DNA from: Gemmatimonadota bacterium
GTDB lineage: Bacteria; Gemmatimonadota; Gemmatimonadetes; Gemmatimonadales; GWC2-71-9
Length of the DNA stretch: 15,502 bases
Reading direction: 5' to 3'
Assembly: GCA_036679605.1 (NCBI GenBank)
Contig: JAZDCZ010000018.1
Coordinates: 1 to 15,502 of the forward strand
Part shown: positions 15,395 to 15,502 of the stretch, piece by piece
Layout of the letters: every line of letters starts with the position of its first letter
Position numbering within the stretch: the first letter of the stretch is position 1
Translations under genes and position numbers: made by a program
Notes under the pieces: model-generated
The model's database searches: none
Told to the model about the DNA's origin: nothing
What the model saw: only the letters and a program-made list of their open reading frames with translations

Positions 15395-15502
15395 GTGCGC
15401 CTGTGAGCGTGTTTGGTCGGAGAGGTGGGAGTCCTCTCCAGGCATGCACACTCCGGCCTGTAATCAACAGTAACTGCGTCCTTGTGAAAGGGGGTGGGAA
15501 GC
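15395..15502 (+). mobile_element. 5' end (start of domain I) of a bacterial group II intron, truncated by the window edge
   Basis: Starts with the 5' consensus GTGCG; stem GGAGAGG-tgggagt-CCTCTCC (GGTGNRAGTCC-type motif); stem CAGGC..GCCTG; then AGTAACTGCGT-CCTT-GTGA-AAGG (GNRA-capped hairpin)-GGGTGGGAAGC, an arrangement I recognise from bacterial group II intron 5' ends. Domain V and the RT ORF are not in the window. Confidence 0.75.

Overview
GC-rich bacterial chromosomal window dominated by signalling and cell-envelope genes. The style of the kinases, ECF sigma factor and M14 peptidase suggests Gemmatimonadota, which is an inference only. From left to right: (1) a large SARP/BTAD + STAND-ATPase regulator on the minus strand that runs off the left edge and is missing from the ORF track; (2) a small NTF2/SnoaL-like (DUF4440-like) protein, probably leaderless; (3) an unannotated 51-aa membrane protein; (4) a secreted M14 zinc carboxypeptidase-family protein; (5) an ECF sigma factor coupled to a zinc-finger anti-sigma carrying extracytoplasmic HEAT repeats; (6) a divergent lipoprotein with a sigma54-like promoter; (7) a minus-strand cluster of two close paralogous transmembrane Ser/Thr kinases (about 85% identical kinase domains by manual count, with a shared leaderless-type promoter), each with a different extracytoplasmic domain and each followed by its own exported partner: FGE-fold kinase + secreted alpha/beta hydrolase, and TolB-N-like kinase + 14-repeat PD40 lipoprotein; (8) the last 108 nt look like the 5' end of a group II intron, inserted just after a GC-rich hairpin. 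The best candidate for an undescribed system is the paired 'receptor kinase + exported partner' cassette. No CRISPR array, rRNA or tRNA was seen.
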